From assembly GCA_965261085.1 (NCBI GenBank), contig OZ253442.1, positions 4,160,001 through 4,224,000 on the forward strand: a stretch of 64,000 nt of DNA. Direction: 5' to 3'. Below, piece after piece: positions 19,852 through 28,979 of this stretch. This stretch comes from a bacterium. GTDB lineage: Bacteria > UBA8248. Within the stretch, counting starts at the first letter, position 1. Each line of letters starts with the position of its first letter. A program made the position numbers and the translations under genes. The notes below the pieces were generated by a model. The model saw only the letters and a list, made by a program, of their open reading frames with translations. It was not told the origin of the DNA and searched no databases.

Positions 19852-20183
19852 CAGAGATCTCCCACGAGGATGTCTGGAGAGGCGGAGACGGCTCCTTCGA
19901 GCAGGCCGCGCCCCTTGCGGGTCAGGTGCGCCTCATAATCCGTCAACAGGCGCCCGAAACCGCCCGGGGTGCGCTTTTCCACCAAACCCCGCTCCGCCAG
20001 ATCGTCCACGAAGGCCTCGAGCGTCTCACGGCCCAAGGGCGCGCCGTCTTCATGGTGGCCCGCCTCGCGCAGCGCACTCCAAAGGAGAAGGCTGCCCACG
20101 CACGATTTCACCTGAAAGGCTTCCTGATAATAGAGCGTCTTCAATATGTCGCCGCGCAGGACGCGGGCCGCCAACTCGTTCAC
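19851..20183 (-). CDS. Mu gp26-like winged-helix protein
   Basis: RGDILKTL...LAERGLVE...AHLTRKGRGLLEG...PDI pattern; GGAGGT RBS; TGATG overlap with gp27-like gene. Confidence 0.65.
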   Translation of the reverse strand: MNELAARVLRGDILKTLYYQEAFQVKSCVGSLLLWSALREAGHHEDGAPLGRETLEAFVDDLAERGLVEKRTPGGFGRLLTDYEAHLTRKGRGLLEGAVSASPDILVGDL

Positions 20184-20191
20184 AATGAAAC

Positions 20192-20355
20192 ACCTCCTCG
20201 ATGACTTTCATACCGGTGCGCCGGACGCCGCTCGCCGAAATCCAGGCCTCTTCCAAGCACTGAACTACCTCCTCGATGACTTTCATACCGGTGCGCCGGA
20301 CGCCACTCGCCGAAATCCAGGCCTCTTCCAAGCACTGAACTACCTCCTCCATGAC
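20192..20355. repeat. 75-bp tandem repeat (2 copies plus 14-bp partial)
   Basis: Units start at 20192, 20267 and 20342 (acctcctcgatgac...); the two full units differ at one base. Confidence 0.9.
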
Positions 20356-20403
20356 ATTGATACTGAAATACCAAAGACCCCCGCGCGCGGCGGAAACTCA
20401 CCC

Positions 20404-20455
20404 AATATAGAACGCGGCGCAGGTTCGGGCGGCACGGAAAATGCGGGGAAATGCG
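20404..20455 (-). promoter_or_regulatory. Shared phage-module promoter, copy B (upstream of gp26/gp27-like genes)
   Basis: CGCATTTCCCCGCAT-N31-TATATT; motif identical to copy A. Confidence 0.65.
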
Positions 20456-20518
20456 GACTCGGGCGCGTTGAGAAAAGAATTTCGGAGTTGCACAATGCCG
20501 CCAGAGGAGGAGGCTTCG

Positions 20519-20911
20519 ATGCGCTCGAGTATCTGGATATTCGCCGCACTCGCCACATTCGCGCTGTGGTTCGCGTGGCTGCCCGACGCGCCGGCCCTGG
20601 GCCACGGGGAGGAGGAAATCCTCCTGTTCGCCTATCTGGCGGAAGAGCGCAACCTCCTGAGAATCTCGACCGCCATCGTGGGCGGCATCATCCTGGCGAT
20701 GGGCGCCTTCATCACCCAGCAATCGCGCGCCGAGGCGAGAGAGCACGCGGGACCTGAATTCTCCGGCTTCAAGGTGATGATGCCGGGGCTGCTCGTCACC
20801 TCCCTGGGCGTCGCCGTGCTGTTCACGGCCGCCTTCATCCTGCCCGAGCAGATCAAGATCTTGCACGATCATCCCCTGGAGCATATCGAGACGAAAACCA
20901 CGGAAAAATAG
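20519..20911 (+). CDS. Hypothetical membrane protein
   Basis: GGAGG RBS, TTGAGA-N17-CACAAT promoter, three hydrophobic segments. Confidence 0.7.
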   Translation: MRSSIWIFAALATFALWFAWLPDAPALGHGEEEILLFAYLAEERNLLRISTAIVGGIILAMGAFITQQSRAEAREHAGPEFSGFKVMMPGLLVTSLGVAVLFTAAFILPEQIKILHDHPLEHIETKTTEK

Positions 20912-20939
20912 GAACGGCCCGCGAGCCGCCCTCGTCCCC

Positions 20940-21362
20940 TCACCGCGTCTTTCCCGTCAATTTCTCGACGGTGCGAAGCGCGCCCAGACCCAGCATCCCC
21001 AGGGTGAGTTCCAACAATCCCTCCGCCGAGACGGGATAGGGCACGAGCTCACCGCTCATCAGCACCTGCCGCGTCCAGAGCCATGCGCCCAGGGCGTACT
21101 GGGGGATGAAGTAAAAGGCGAGCGAGACGCCGCAGGTCCACAGGATGAACGGCCTGCCCCCGGCGACGAAGGCGCTTCGGTGGGCGGCCTCTATCTTGTT
21201 GATCTCGTTCTGGGCTTCGGCGGGGCGCATCATCAGCTTTTGTTTTATCGCCTCCGCCGCGCGTCTCTCATCAGGCGTCTCGACGAACTTGTCGATGACG
21301 TTGGCGACACCCTCCGCCGCCGTGATGACGCCGCCGCCGATGAGGTTTTCCAAAAAGGCCAT
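20940..21362 (-). CDS. 3TM-type holin (GTA_holin_3TM/DUF3154-like)
   Basis: IDKF...EIN..EA.H.S.FVAG.RPFI.W...LGMLGLG.LRT.EK..G signature; TGATG overlap with lysozyme. Confidence 0.82.
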   Translation of the reverse strand: MAFLENLIGGGVITAAEGVANVIDKFVETPDERRAAEAIKQKLMMRPAEAQNEINKIEAAHRSAFVAGGRPFILWTCGVSLAFYFIPQYALGAWLWTRQVLMSGELVPYPVSAEGLLELTLGMLGLGALRTVEKLTGKTR

Positions 21363-21775
21363 CACGCGCTCCTCATGCTCTCGGCGACCCTGCCCGCCCG
21401 GGCCGGCAGTTCCCTCGCGTAATCGGAATCGAGCGCCTCCACAGCCGCGCGCTCGTAATCGCCCTCTCTCAGCGCGGCCCACATTCTCTTGAAACCCAGA
21501 AGGCTCGGCACGCCCATGTTGTAGGCCATGTTCAAAACCGCGCGCTGCGCGAGGGGTCTCAGATTTTTATACACCTCGCCGACGCGGGAGCGCTCGAGTT
21601 CTCCGGCCATCAGGCCGAGCCGATGCCGGAGGAGCAGTTCCGCTTCGGCTTGCGATATGCCGTCTTCCAGCAGCGTTCCGTAGCCGATGGTCTTCTTGCG
21701 CTTGCCGTCGAGATACACTTTCGCGACGAAACCCTCCTCGCGCTTGATATCCTCTACGAGTTCGTCCGTGAGCAT
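21362..21775 (-). CDS. Phage lysozyme (GH24 endolysin)
   Basis: EEG...Y.D......TIGYG, NMAYNMG...L.GF..M..AL, A.E.LDS.YA...RA.R. Confidence 0.88.
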   Translation of the reverse strand: MLTDELVEDIKREEGFVAKVYLDGKRKKTIGYGTLLEDGISQAEAELLLRHRLGLMAGELERSRVGEVYKNLRPLAQRAVLNMAYNMGVPSLLGFKRMWAALREGDYERAAVEALDSDYARELPARAGRVAESMRSA

Positions 21776-21993
21776 CCCTCACCCTCCCCTTCAGGCAAGT
21801 CCCCGGCCTCACCCACCTCTTGCATCAGTCGCCGGAGCGCCGCCGCGCCCTTTCGAGCGCTCGCACGATGCGCATAGGCCTGGCTCGACGCCAGGATGCG
21901 TCCGTTCCTCGCTCGCACACGGAAGCGATGCCGCCCGGATTTATCCCTGAAAATATCGACGGGGCGATATTTGGCTCTCTTTACGGCCTGCAT
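21754..21993 (-). CDS. YegP/DUF1508 family protein
   Basis: FRDKSGRHRFRVRARNGRILASSQAY. Confidence 0.8.
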   Translation of the reverse strand: MQAVKRAKYRPVDIFRDKSGRHRFRVRARNGRILASSQAYAHRASARKGAAALRRLMQEVGEAGDLPEGEGEGCSRTNS

Positions 21994-22130
21994 ACGAAAC
22001 CCCCCAGGAAAAAGCCCAACACCACGAGGCATGCGCCCGCAACGATCAGGCGCAAGACAGTGCGCTTTCCCCCAGCCCAGCGCGATAGCATGGCGTCCGT
22101 TTTTCCTTCGAATTCATTTTTCTCAGACAT
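21981..22130 (-). CDS. 49-aa single-TM protein, first gene of lysis cassette (not in ORF track)
   Basis: GAGG RBS; MSEKNEFEGKTDAMLSRWAGGKRTVLRLIVAGACLVVLGFFLGGFVCRP; overlaps the next gene start. Confidence 0.6.
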   Translation of the reverse strand: MSEKNEFEGKTDAMLSRWAGGKRTVLRLIVAGACLVVLGFFLGGFVCRP

Positions 22131-22199
22131 TGCTTTCCTCTCTTTCCGGTAGCGAAATCCCGCGCGTCGCCCGCGAGCGATGCGCCTTCTATGCGGGAG

Positions 22200-22261
22200 A
22201 GTTTATGTCTTGATAGCGCGCGCCCTATGACGGAAAATGCGGGCAACTGCGGGGTGATGCG
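22200..22261 (-). promoter_or_regulatory. Shared phage-module promoter, copy C (upstream of lysis cassette)
   Basis: CGCAT-CACCC-CGCAG-TTGCC-CGCAT-N31-TAAACT: three repeats at 10-bp period, same spacing to the -10 box. Confidence 0.6.
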
Positions 22262-22401
22262 CCCCTGATTCCCCATGCGCGCGGAAAACATCGAAAACGG
22301 CGTTTCAACCGGCCGGAAAGGGGTGATAAAATGCGCATCGCCCAAAGTCGTTTGATATAATGCGCGACGCAGCGCATGCCGCCACACAAAGGAGACGAAC
22401 A

Positions 22402-22890
22402 ATGAAAAAACTGACGGCCACCCTCCTCATCGCCGTATTCAGCCTGGGGCTCGCCGGGTGCCGCACGGACGGAAGCATGGACAAACAGACCGGCGGAGCG
22501 ATTCTGGGCGGAATCGCGGGCGGCCTGCTCGGCTCGCGGGTCGGCAAGGGCCGGGGACGCCAGGCGGCGACCATCGCGGGCGCCGTTCTCGGCAGTCTCG
22601 TAGGCAGTTCCATCGGAAAACAACTCGACGAGCGCGACCGCCTGCTGATGGGGCGCAGAACGCAAACAACGCTCGCGCGCGGCAAGTCGGGCGTGGCCGG
22701 CACATGGGTGAACCCGGATTCGGGAAACCGGGGCACCATCACGCCCAAGCGCACCTACCAGGTGAGAAGAGGCGCGACAAGCACCTATTGCCGCGAGTTC
22801 CAGCAGACCATCACCGTGGGCGGCAAGACAGAGCGCGCCTATGGCCGCGCCTGCCGCCAGCCCGACGGTAGCTGGAAGATAGTCAACTAG
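22402..22890 (+). CDS. 17-kDa surface antigen-like glycine-zipper lipoprotein
   Basis: Lipobox LAGC, GGxxGG zipper, WVNPDSG, YCREFQQTITVGG...ACRQPDGSW. Confidence 0.9.
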   Translation: MKKLTATLLIAVFSLGLAGCRTDGSMDKQTGGAILGGIAGGLLGSRVGKGRGRQAATIAGAVLGSLVGSSIGKQLDERDRLLMGRRTQTTLARGKSGVAGTWVNPDSGNRGTITPKRTYQVRRGATSTYCREFQQTITVGGKTERAYGRACRQPDGSWKIVN

Positions 22891-23010
22891 GCGCGAACCG
22901 CGCCATCGGCGCACATCGTAAATGCTCCTCGACCACGCCGGGAAATCCGCCCGCCTGGAGTCCGCACTTCTTGAGGGATATAATCCGGGTTCACCCACAA
23001 GGGGCGTCTC

Positions 23011-23409
23011 ATGAAAAGACACATCTGCGCGGGCGTGGCGTTCATGTTCTTCGTATCCGGGTGTGCGGGCTCGGGACCCATTCCGGTGGTGCAATTCGTA
23101 CCCGGAGACAAGAAACGCAACTGCGCGTCGCTCCAGGCGGAAATCAAGGCCAACAAGAAGGAAATCGAAAAGAAGACCACCGAGCGAACGAACAAGACGT
23201 TCAAGAACTTAGGCCTCGGAGCGACGGGCGTGTTCCTCATCGCGCCGTGGTTTTTCATGGATTTAAAGGGCAAGGAAGCGGACGAGACGAAGGCGCTAGA
23301 GCGGCGAAACGCCGCACTTCGCCGCATCGCCTTCGTCAAGGGCTGCAACGCGCCGACTCCCATCGTCACTCACCAGAGAAAACAGAAAGCGGGAGAGAAA
23401 GTGAAATAG
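23011..23409 (+). CDS. Hypothetical lipoprotein
   Basis: Lipobox VSGC; GD...C..L..EI...WFFMDLK pattern. Confidence 0.7.
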   Translation: MKRHICAGVAFMFFVSGCAGSGPIPVVQFVPGDKKRNCASLQAEIKANKKEIEKKTTERTNKTFKNLGLGATGVFLIAPWFFMDLKGKEADETKALERRNAALRRIAFVKGCNAPTPIVTHQRKQKAGEKVK

Positions 23410-23568
23410 CACCGAGAATCACGACAAATCGAGCCGATCATGGACTTAACAAACCGCACCATCTGGAACTTCCGCCTAGCAAGGAATATAATCCATATTT
23501 AAGCAAATTCATCGACCAAATAGATCAGAAAGTGGTCGAGAAGCATTTCAACACCTAGGATCAATAAT

Positions 23569-24540
23569 GTGAATACCAATACAACCATTCGCGAGCCAAG
23601 CGCTAACGTCACGAAGGAGGCGCCTTGCCGCCAAACACGGTATCCATCACCCGCTCCAATCAGTTATGTCAGGATCAACGAACTTGAAAGACCGCCCTTT
23701 GAAACCATAGATCGGTCACTACTCATATACGGGGATGCCCATCAAGCGCTTGACTTGTTGCCGGATGAATCCGTGCAAACTGTTGTTACGTCCCCGCCGT
23801 ACTGGTCGCTTCGAGATTACGAAGTAGAAGAGCAGCTCGGTTGCGACGATGCCTTGGAGGATTACGTAGAAAGCATCGTGAAAACTTTCGAGAAAATTAG
23901 GCGCGCTCTTCGGCCTGATGGAACGGTGTGGCTAAATATTGGGGACGCGTACACGTCTGGAAACCGCCGCTACCGGGCACCGGACAGAAAGAATCGCGCT
24001 CGTGCGATGAAAGTCAGGCCGCCGACTCCAAGCGGACTGAAGCCGAAAGACCTGATAGGTGTCCCGTGGCGATTGGCGTTCGCGTTTCAAAAAGCCGGAT
24101 GGTGGCTTCGCTCGGAAGTGATCTGGCACAAGCCGAACGCACATCCGGAATCTGTTCGGGACCGCCCCACGAAAGCGCACGAGACATTGTTTCTACTATC
24201 AAAAAACCAAAACTACTATTACGATGTTGGAGCCGTCCGGGGGCCGAACGATCGGAGGCTACGCACTGTCTGGGATATTCCAACAGAGCCCAGAAAGAAT
24301 GGACAAGTCGACGAGCACCCAGCGATTATGCCAATGTCGCTAGCAAGCAGATGCGTCAACATTACCACCAAGCCAGAAAGCGTTGTCCTCGATCCATATG
24401 CGGGCTCGGGAACAACTTTACTCGCTGCGCAAAAACTCGCGCGAAAATGGGTGGGTGTTGAACTCAAAGCCTCATTCGTGAACCTGATCGAGCGACGAAT
24501 GAACAGTAAATGGCTCTCCAAGAGCTTAAATCCAAACTAG
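23569..24540 (+). CDS. Beta-class N4-cytosine DNA methyltransferase (M.SmaI/Cfr9I-like)
   Basis: TSPPY before DPYAGSGTT; GLKPKDLIGVPWRLAFA. Confidence 0.85.
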   Translation: MNTNTTIREPSANVTKEAPCRQTRYPSPAPISYVRINELERPPFETIDRSLLIYGDAHQALDLLPDESVQTVVTSPPYWSLRDYEVEEQLGCDDALEDYVESIVKTFEKIRRALRPDGTVWLNIGDAYTSGNRRYRAPDRKNRARAMKVRPPTPSGLKPKDLIGVPWRLAFAFQKAGWWLRSEVIWHKPNAHPESVRDRPTKAHETLFLLSKNQNYYYDVGAVRGPNDRRLRTVWDIPTEPRKNGQVDEHPAIMPMSLASRCVNITTKPESVVLDPYAGSGTTLLAAQKLARKWVGVELKASFVNLIERRMNSKWLSKSLNPN

Positions 24541-25255
24541 ACCAGCTATCACCAGTCAAAGTGCAGTTCGTGGCGAAGGTTATCGAAGCCCTATCCAATC
24601 CGCCACAAGTAAGCATCAAAAAGGGAACATGGATTACTCGCTCCGCGGATTGGATAGAGTATTTCGGCCTCGCGCTTTCATTACATCACGGAACAACCAC
24701 AGAACCTCTGGACCGGACCATGTTCGAGACAGTATTCAGGAATGCCTGTACTTCCATGAACTGGAAAGTCGATGAACCGGGAAGCCCGACCAGGCGCTTT
24801 TCGATCTTGAAGTTCAAGCAGGCAATGAGCCCAAAAGACGAATTTCGTTGAAATCGACCTCTGCAAAAAACTTGTCAGAAACGAGAGCGCATATTTCCAA
24901 ACTGACCGAAGCGGCATGGATACAGGATCTGCGCAGAGCGCAAGAACGACGCAACCAAACGCTCAGTTTGTTCAATGACTATACGAACGCCGAAGATGCA
25001 ATCGTTATGTTGAGGGCTTTTAGAGAGGGAAACAATATCCCGCATCGCTACCAGCTTATCGAGATTCCAACTGCGATCTTTGAGCCGGTTCAGGAAGCTC
25101 CGGTAGAAATTTTCAGGAATGACGCGCCAGTTATCGTATACAATATGAGAGGAAATACCGTCGCTCGGGTCGCGATAGATCGTTCCGATGCAAAAATTAC
25201 AATCCGTAGCATCCTCCTGAGTGCGTGCGTTGTTCATGCGGAATGGCTTACCTGA
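24510..25255 (+). pseudogene. SmaI-like restriction endonuclease with a 1-nt frameshift near 24800
   Basis: Two overlapping ORFs join as ...PTRRF/DLEVQAGNEPKRRISLKSTSAKN...; HH.....L....FE..F, LK...AKN...H.SK..E, YQL.EIP and C.VH..W resemble R.SmaI as recalled. Confidence 0.7.
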
Positions 25256-25329
25256 CCAAACCTACGTGTTAGCCAGTAAAAAATACTTAACGCATCGCCT
25301 CGCCGCCGCATTTCGCAAAGGGTCACGCC

Positions 25330-26181
25330 ATGGCGAAAAGACGCACAAGATATCTTCTCATCAGATCACTCCTCATCGCCGCCCTGGGCGTCTGCTTTGT
25401 GAGCGTCCCTCGCGCGAATGCCAGAGAATGCTCCTTTGGCCCCTACACCGGACGCTGCCGCGACATCCGGCTCATGCGCTCGGTCAAGGGCGACGCGGAA
25501 AAACTCGTCTCGGCGCTCTCGATCCTCTGGGTCGAGGCGGGTTATCTCTCGACAGATGAGGCGAGCGATTTACACCAAAGGATAGACGCAGGGATTAAAG
25601 CCGTGGAGAAGTTTCTTGACCTTCCGTTCTCACGCGCGGCCTACGGGCAGGAGAAAATCGAGTTCTTCGTCCACGGCAGGCGTGCTCCTTCGCACACCAT
25701 CACGGCCTACAGCCCGCGAAAATACATGCACCCCGTCGTGTTCCTCTCCTTCGCCAAAGAAGGGAGATCGCCCTATCTGCATGAGACGGTCCACGTCATC
25801 GCGTGGGATTGGAACACCCTTTGGCTGAAAGAAGGACTGGCCGTTCACTTGAACGATCGCTTAAGCGGCTACGCCGCCTTTCCCAATTTCGGCGAATCAA
25901 TCGACGCTTTCGCCGGCCGGGTGTTGAGACGCGAGTTCCCTCCCGCGATAGAGGCGCTCGATCTGGTGGGCGAAAACGGCATCCCCAGATTCGAGGACAG
26001 GCGCGTTCGGCGCATGTTCTACATTCTCGCGGGCTCCTACGCCGGCTATCTCCTGCGCGAGTGGGGCGTCAAAAAACTCATGCGGGTCTACGCCGCAAAG
26101 GACACCAATGCCGCGATTCAAAAAGAGACGGGAAAACCCGCCTGGCGATGGAAGGAGGCATGGCTGGGTGAGGTGAGGTAG
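25330..26181 (+). CDS. Secreted HExxH (peptidase MA-like) protein
   Basis: Signal peptide; LHETVH...WLKEGLA gluzincin pattern. Confidence 0.65.
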   Translation: MAKRRTRYLLIRSLLIAALGVCFVSVPRANARECSFGPYTGRCRDIRLMRSVKGDAEKLVSALSILWVEAGYLSTDEASDLHQRIDAGIKAVEKFLDLPFSRAAYGQEKIEFFVHGRRAPSHTITAYSPRKYMHPVVFLSFAKEGRSPYLHETVHVIAWDWNTLWLKEGLAVHLNDRLSGYAAFPNFGESIDAFAGRVLRREFPPAIEALDLVGENGIPRFEDRRVRRMFYILAGSYAGYLLREWGVKKLMRVYAAKDTNAAIQKETGKPAWRWKEAWLGEVR

Positions 26182-26259
26182 ATTCTTTGGCGTCTGTTGT
26201 GTGGGAATGGTAGCAAAACCGGTAAAGACCTTACATTGACGACATAAAATCAAAACAGA

Positions 26260-27192
26260 TCATTTTAAGTCGTAAAATTTTAGAGCTGACTCAGTCAATA
26301 ATCGCGTCGCGACCGAAACGCCAACTTTCCATGTACCGTTTGCCGCTTTTTTTATGTTTTCGGCAAACCATTCTTTCGCCTTTGCTCCAAATGGTTCCTC
26401 TGCGCTCCCCGACTCCTCGGTCGAGAGGATATCGGCAAATTCTTCCATATCGGCTTGTGGCAGACCTTTGGACACAAGAAATTCGACGAAAGCATCTTTG
26501 TCATCTTTGCCAATGGAGACGCTAAGATTGGCTCCTTCGCCATAGTTTGTAACTGAAGTTAGATTACCGACATCACCGTGAATAGTTTGATTGTAAATCT
26601 GAGTCACCTTCTCTGCGCTCCCCATATCGGACTTTCCGGGCTTTTCAAGACTAACTTCAGCAGCAACTGGTACAGATTTCTCAAGCTGAATGGTTAATTC
26701 GAGCACCCGAACTCGAACCGCGTGCTGAATTTCCACGAGTGCTGCGCGCGATACAGTACCTACGACGCTATTACAAGCATAACCTTCATAGATCTTGCCC
26801 TGTAAAAATAGAATCAGATTGGACGCATCGATTTGCAAGGATCCATTATCAGGCGATCTTCCGATGAGGTCATCAATTGCAGCGACATTTAGTCTAATTT
26901 CGAAATCCGTCCATTTGTCGCCAGCGAATTTTTCGACGAGGTATCCAGGTATCGGAACGTTCCTAAGTTCACTTCCGAAAGGACCAAAGAACGTCCCACG
27001 ATACGAAACGGGGATTCTACGATAATCTGGAAGTTCCACGCCTTCCGGATAGCCTTCCGACTCGTATTTCACCCATTCTTCCAAAGGGCCGCTTCCAAGC
27101 CTCGCCGCAAGTAGGCGCAACTTGAGAAGAATGGGCGCAATACTCTGTTCGCTTTCAATGATGGATGTCTGTATGTCGCGAAGTAGGCTCAT
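26260..27192 (-). CDS. AbiTii-domain protein
   Basis: N-terminal L..IQ.......ILLK..LLA..L....L.EWV..E..GY......PDYR motif; low GC. Confidence 0.75.
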   Translation of the reverse strand: MSLLRDIQTSIIESEQSIAPILLKLRLLAARLGSGPLEEWVKYESEGYPEGVELPDYRRIPVSYRGTFFGPFGSELRNVPIPGYLVEKFAGDKWTDFEIRLNVAAIDDLIGRSPDNGSLQIDASNLILFLQGKIYEGYACNSVVGTVSRAALVEIQHAVRVRVLELTIQLEKSVPVAAEVSLEKPGKSDMGSAEKVTQIYNQTIHGDVGNLTSVTNYGEGANLSVSIGKDDKDAFVEFLVSKGLPQADMEEFADILSTEESGSAEEPFGAKAKEWFAENIKKAANGTWKVGVSVATRLLTESALKFYDLK

Positions 27193-27290
27193 TGGTGTCT
27201 AGCAATGGGCGAGGAAACTCGGTAACCCAAAACCTAAAGGCGGTAAGATAGTAAGTCAATCGGAGTTATAATCTCCCCGCTATACTCCTA

Positions 27291-27325
27291 GTAGACGAAG
27301 GGCGGTTCACGAACCGCCCCTACGG
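27291..27325 (-). repeat. REP-like palindrome (GTAG type)
   Basis: Minus strand GTAGGGGCGGTTCGTGAACCGCCCT. Confidence 0.7.
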
Positions 27326-27451
27326 ATGAGATTGACTCCTGCATTCGTCGGTGGCGGTGAAATTTCGAGGTTGGGTATCGTGCCCGTGAGGCTGTTGTCG
27401 CCGCAAGTTTCCCACGTGCGAATTGTCCAGCCCGAAACAACCGGGCAAAAG

Positions 27452-27481
27452 AAAAGCCCCCCGGGTTTCTCCGGGAGGCTT
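27452..27481 (-). terminator. Intrinsic terminator, copy 1
   Basis: AAGCCTCCCGGAGAAACCCGGGGGGCTTTT. Confidence 0.8.
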
Positions 27482-27502
27482 GATTTCGTTTCAGGCTTGC
27501 TG

Positions 27503-27538
27503 CTAGAAGCCGGGGTCCTCGTCGTGTGTATGAAACAT
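27503..27538 (-). CDS. 11-aa peptide MFHTHDEDPGF
   Basis: AGGAG-8nt-ATG...TAG; conserved second copy at 29032-29067. Confidence 0.6.
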   Translation of the reverse strand: MFHTHDEDPGF

Positions 27539-27588
27539 CGCTTGGTCTCCTTTCAGCGGCTAGGTAATTACAAAACCACCTAAGTGGT

Positions 27589-28197
27589 TCAATTATCCCA
27601 TTTCCGGCATAGATTTTCAAGACCTTTATATAGTCGGTTGCCCCTTCGGTTTCTCAGGTCCGCAATCCACGGCTCGAATACGTCATAGTAGCGTAAAACA
27701 TTTGTCTGGAACAGTTCGCGAATGATGTCTTCGTTGACGAAGCCTTTATCGACCAACACCGCCAAGTCTTCCAGGTAATTCAAAACATTCGTAATGTTCA
27801 GTTCCAGAATGTCATCGCCTTTGATTTTCTCTTGTATAATCCTCAGCCTCTCCTCCCTCGGTTTGGCGGCTATGGGTTTTATTAGCCCGATGACGGCTTT
27901 TTTAGAGTCGAAAAAACTTGCGGTATTCCATTCGGAGGTAAGAGACATCGTGCGGGTCATTTGCTCGGATTCCACATTCGCATAAACGCTTTGAGCAATG
28001 TAAAAAGCGCTGACGATCGCGGCTGCGGCGCCAACGGCAATGGCGATAAACGTCGCCAACTCCTTATGGGCAGGCAAGAAGAAATGCACGCCGACTATCA
28101 AGCCGACGAAGATGATGGCGACCACGCCAATATGAACCGTGAACCTGCGCTCGAATTTAAGATTGAAATCGAATGCTTTGGAAAAATCTCTCGCCAA
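27589..28197 (-). CDS. DUF4760-like membrane-anchored protein
   Basis: Two N-terminal TMs; VLNYLEDLAVLV..G...E.I...F....L......PWI...R......Y..LE.L...W; GGAGGT RBS with TTG start. Confidence 0.75.
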   Translation of the reverse strand: MARDFSKAFDFNLKFERRFTVHIGVVAIIFVGLIVGVHFFLPAHKELATFIAIAVGAAAAIVSAFYIAQSVYANVESEQMTRTMSLTSEWNTASFFDSKKAVIGLIKPIAAKPREERLRIIQEKIKGDDILELNITNVLNYLEDLAVLVDKGFVNEDIIRELFQTNVLRYYDVFEPWIADLRNRRGNRLYKGLENLCRKWDN

Positions 28198-28233
28198 TTT
28201 CAGACCTCCACGCGAACTCGACCACCCTTCGAT

Positions 28234-28302
28234 TCACTTGGGGTCCCCTGGCGACTCGTTTGAGTGGTTAAACGTTCGCCAAATATACCTCTTTCCACTC
28301 AT
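28234..28302 (-). CDS. 22-aa peptide MSGKRYIWRTFNHSNESPGDPK
   Basis: GAGGT-6nt-ATG; shares F-x3-[DN]-E-x-P-G with the 11-aa peptides. Confidence 0.45.
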   Translation of the reverse strand: MSGKRYIWRTFNHSNESPGDPK

Positions 28303-28428
28303 ATCTCAACCTCATCCTGCATTGCTCCGCCCGGTAGTGATGAAAGGGTTTCTTGCTTCCCCTCCTCGGTCGAAAGCGCAGGCTTCCCCTCCTCGGGAAA
28401 GCCTGACCTGATCAGTCGGAATCGACCC

Positions 28429-28809
28429 CTACTCCCGCATCCCGCCGAATTTCCATTCCAGATCGATCGGAAAATCCTCCTGCATCTTCTCGACGTAGGC
28501 GAGCACGTCCTCGCGGCGAAAGCGCGCGCTCTTAAACGAGGGATGGTTCTCGGGCTGGCGGACGCCGGCGCGCGGGGGCGGGCGGCGCAGATAGACGGGC
28601 CGGAGGCAGGGCGCATCGCTCGAGCAGTCCTCGGCGATGATGGCGTCGAGCGTGCGGTAGCTCTTATAGCCGAGCACCTTGGCGAGCATGGGTTTGGTGA
28701 GAAACGCTTCTTCCTCGAGAATCCGGCGCGGCGTTCTCGGGTCGGGCGGGGCCTGTTTCTTGCTCCTCTCGCGCCTCTCGCTCCCTCGGGTATTCTTTGC
28801 GGGCGGCAT
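28429..28809 (-). CDS. Xis/MerR-like (HTH_17-type) DNA-binding protein, copy 1
   Basis: FLTKPMLAKVLGYKSYRTL...ARFRREDVLAYV; GAGG RBS. Confidence 0.65.
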   Translation of the reverse strand: MPPAKNTRGSERRERSKKQAPPDPRTPRRILEEEAFLTKPMLAKVLGYKSYRTLDAIIAEDCSSDAPCLRPVYLRRPPPRAGVRQPENHPSFKSARFRREDVLAYVEKMQEDFPIDLEWKFGGMRE

Positions 28810-28979
28810 CAGCAAAGCGCCTCGGCGAGCGGGAGGACGGACACGTCGTGGCGGGATACTCGTAACAGAGACTTTATCAACATAAGCCGGAGGGGGCGGA
28901 TACGTCAATTCATGAAGCGGGGAGATAGCGTATCGAATTCCCGGCGAGGATTGTCCGCCCGAGATGACCGAACCTAAAG

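Noticed and set aside
20192-20355. CRISPR array
   Set aside because: Units are contiguous 75-bp tandem copies with no unique spacers, and there are no cas genes.
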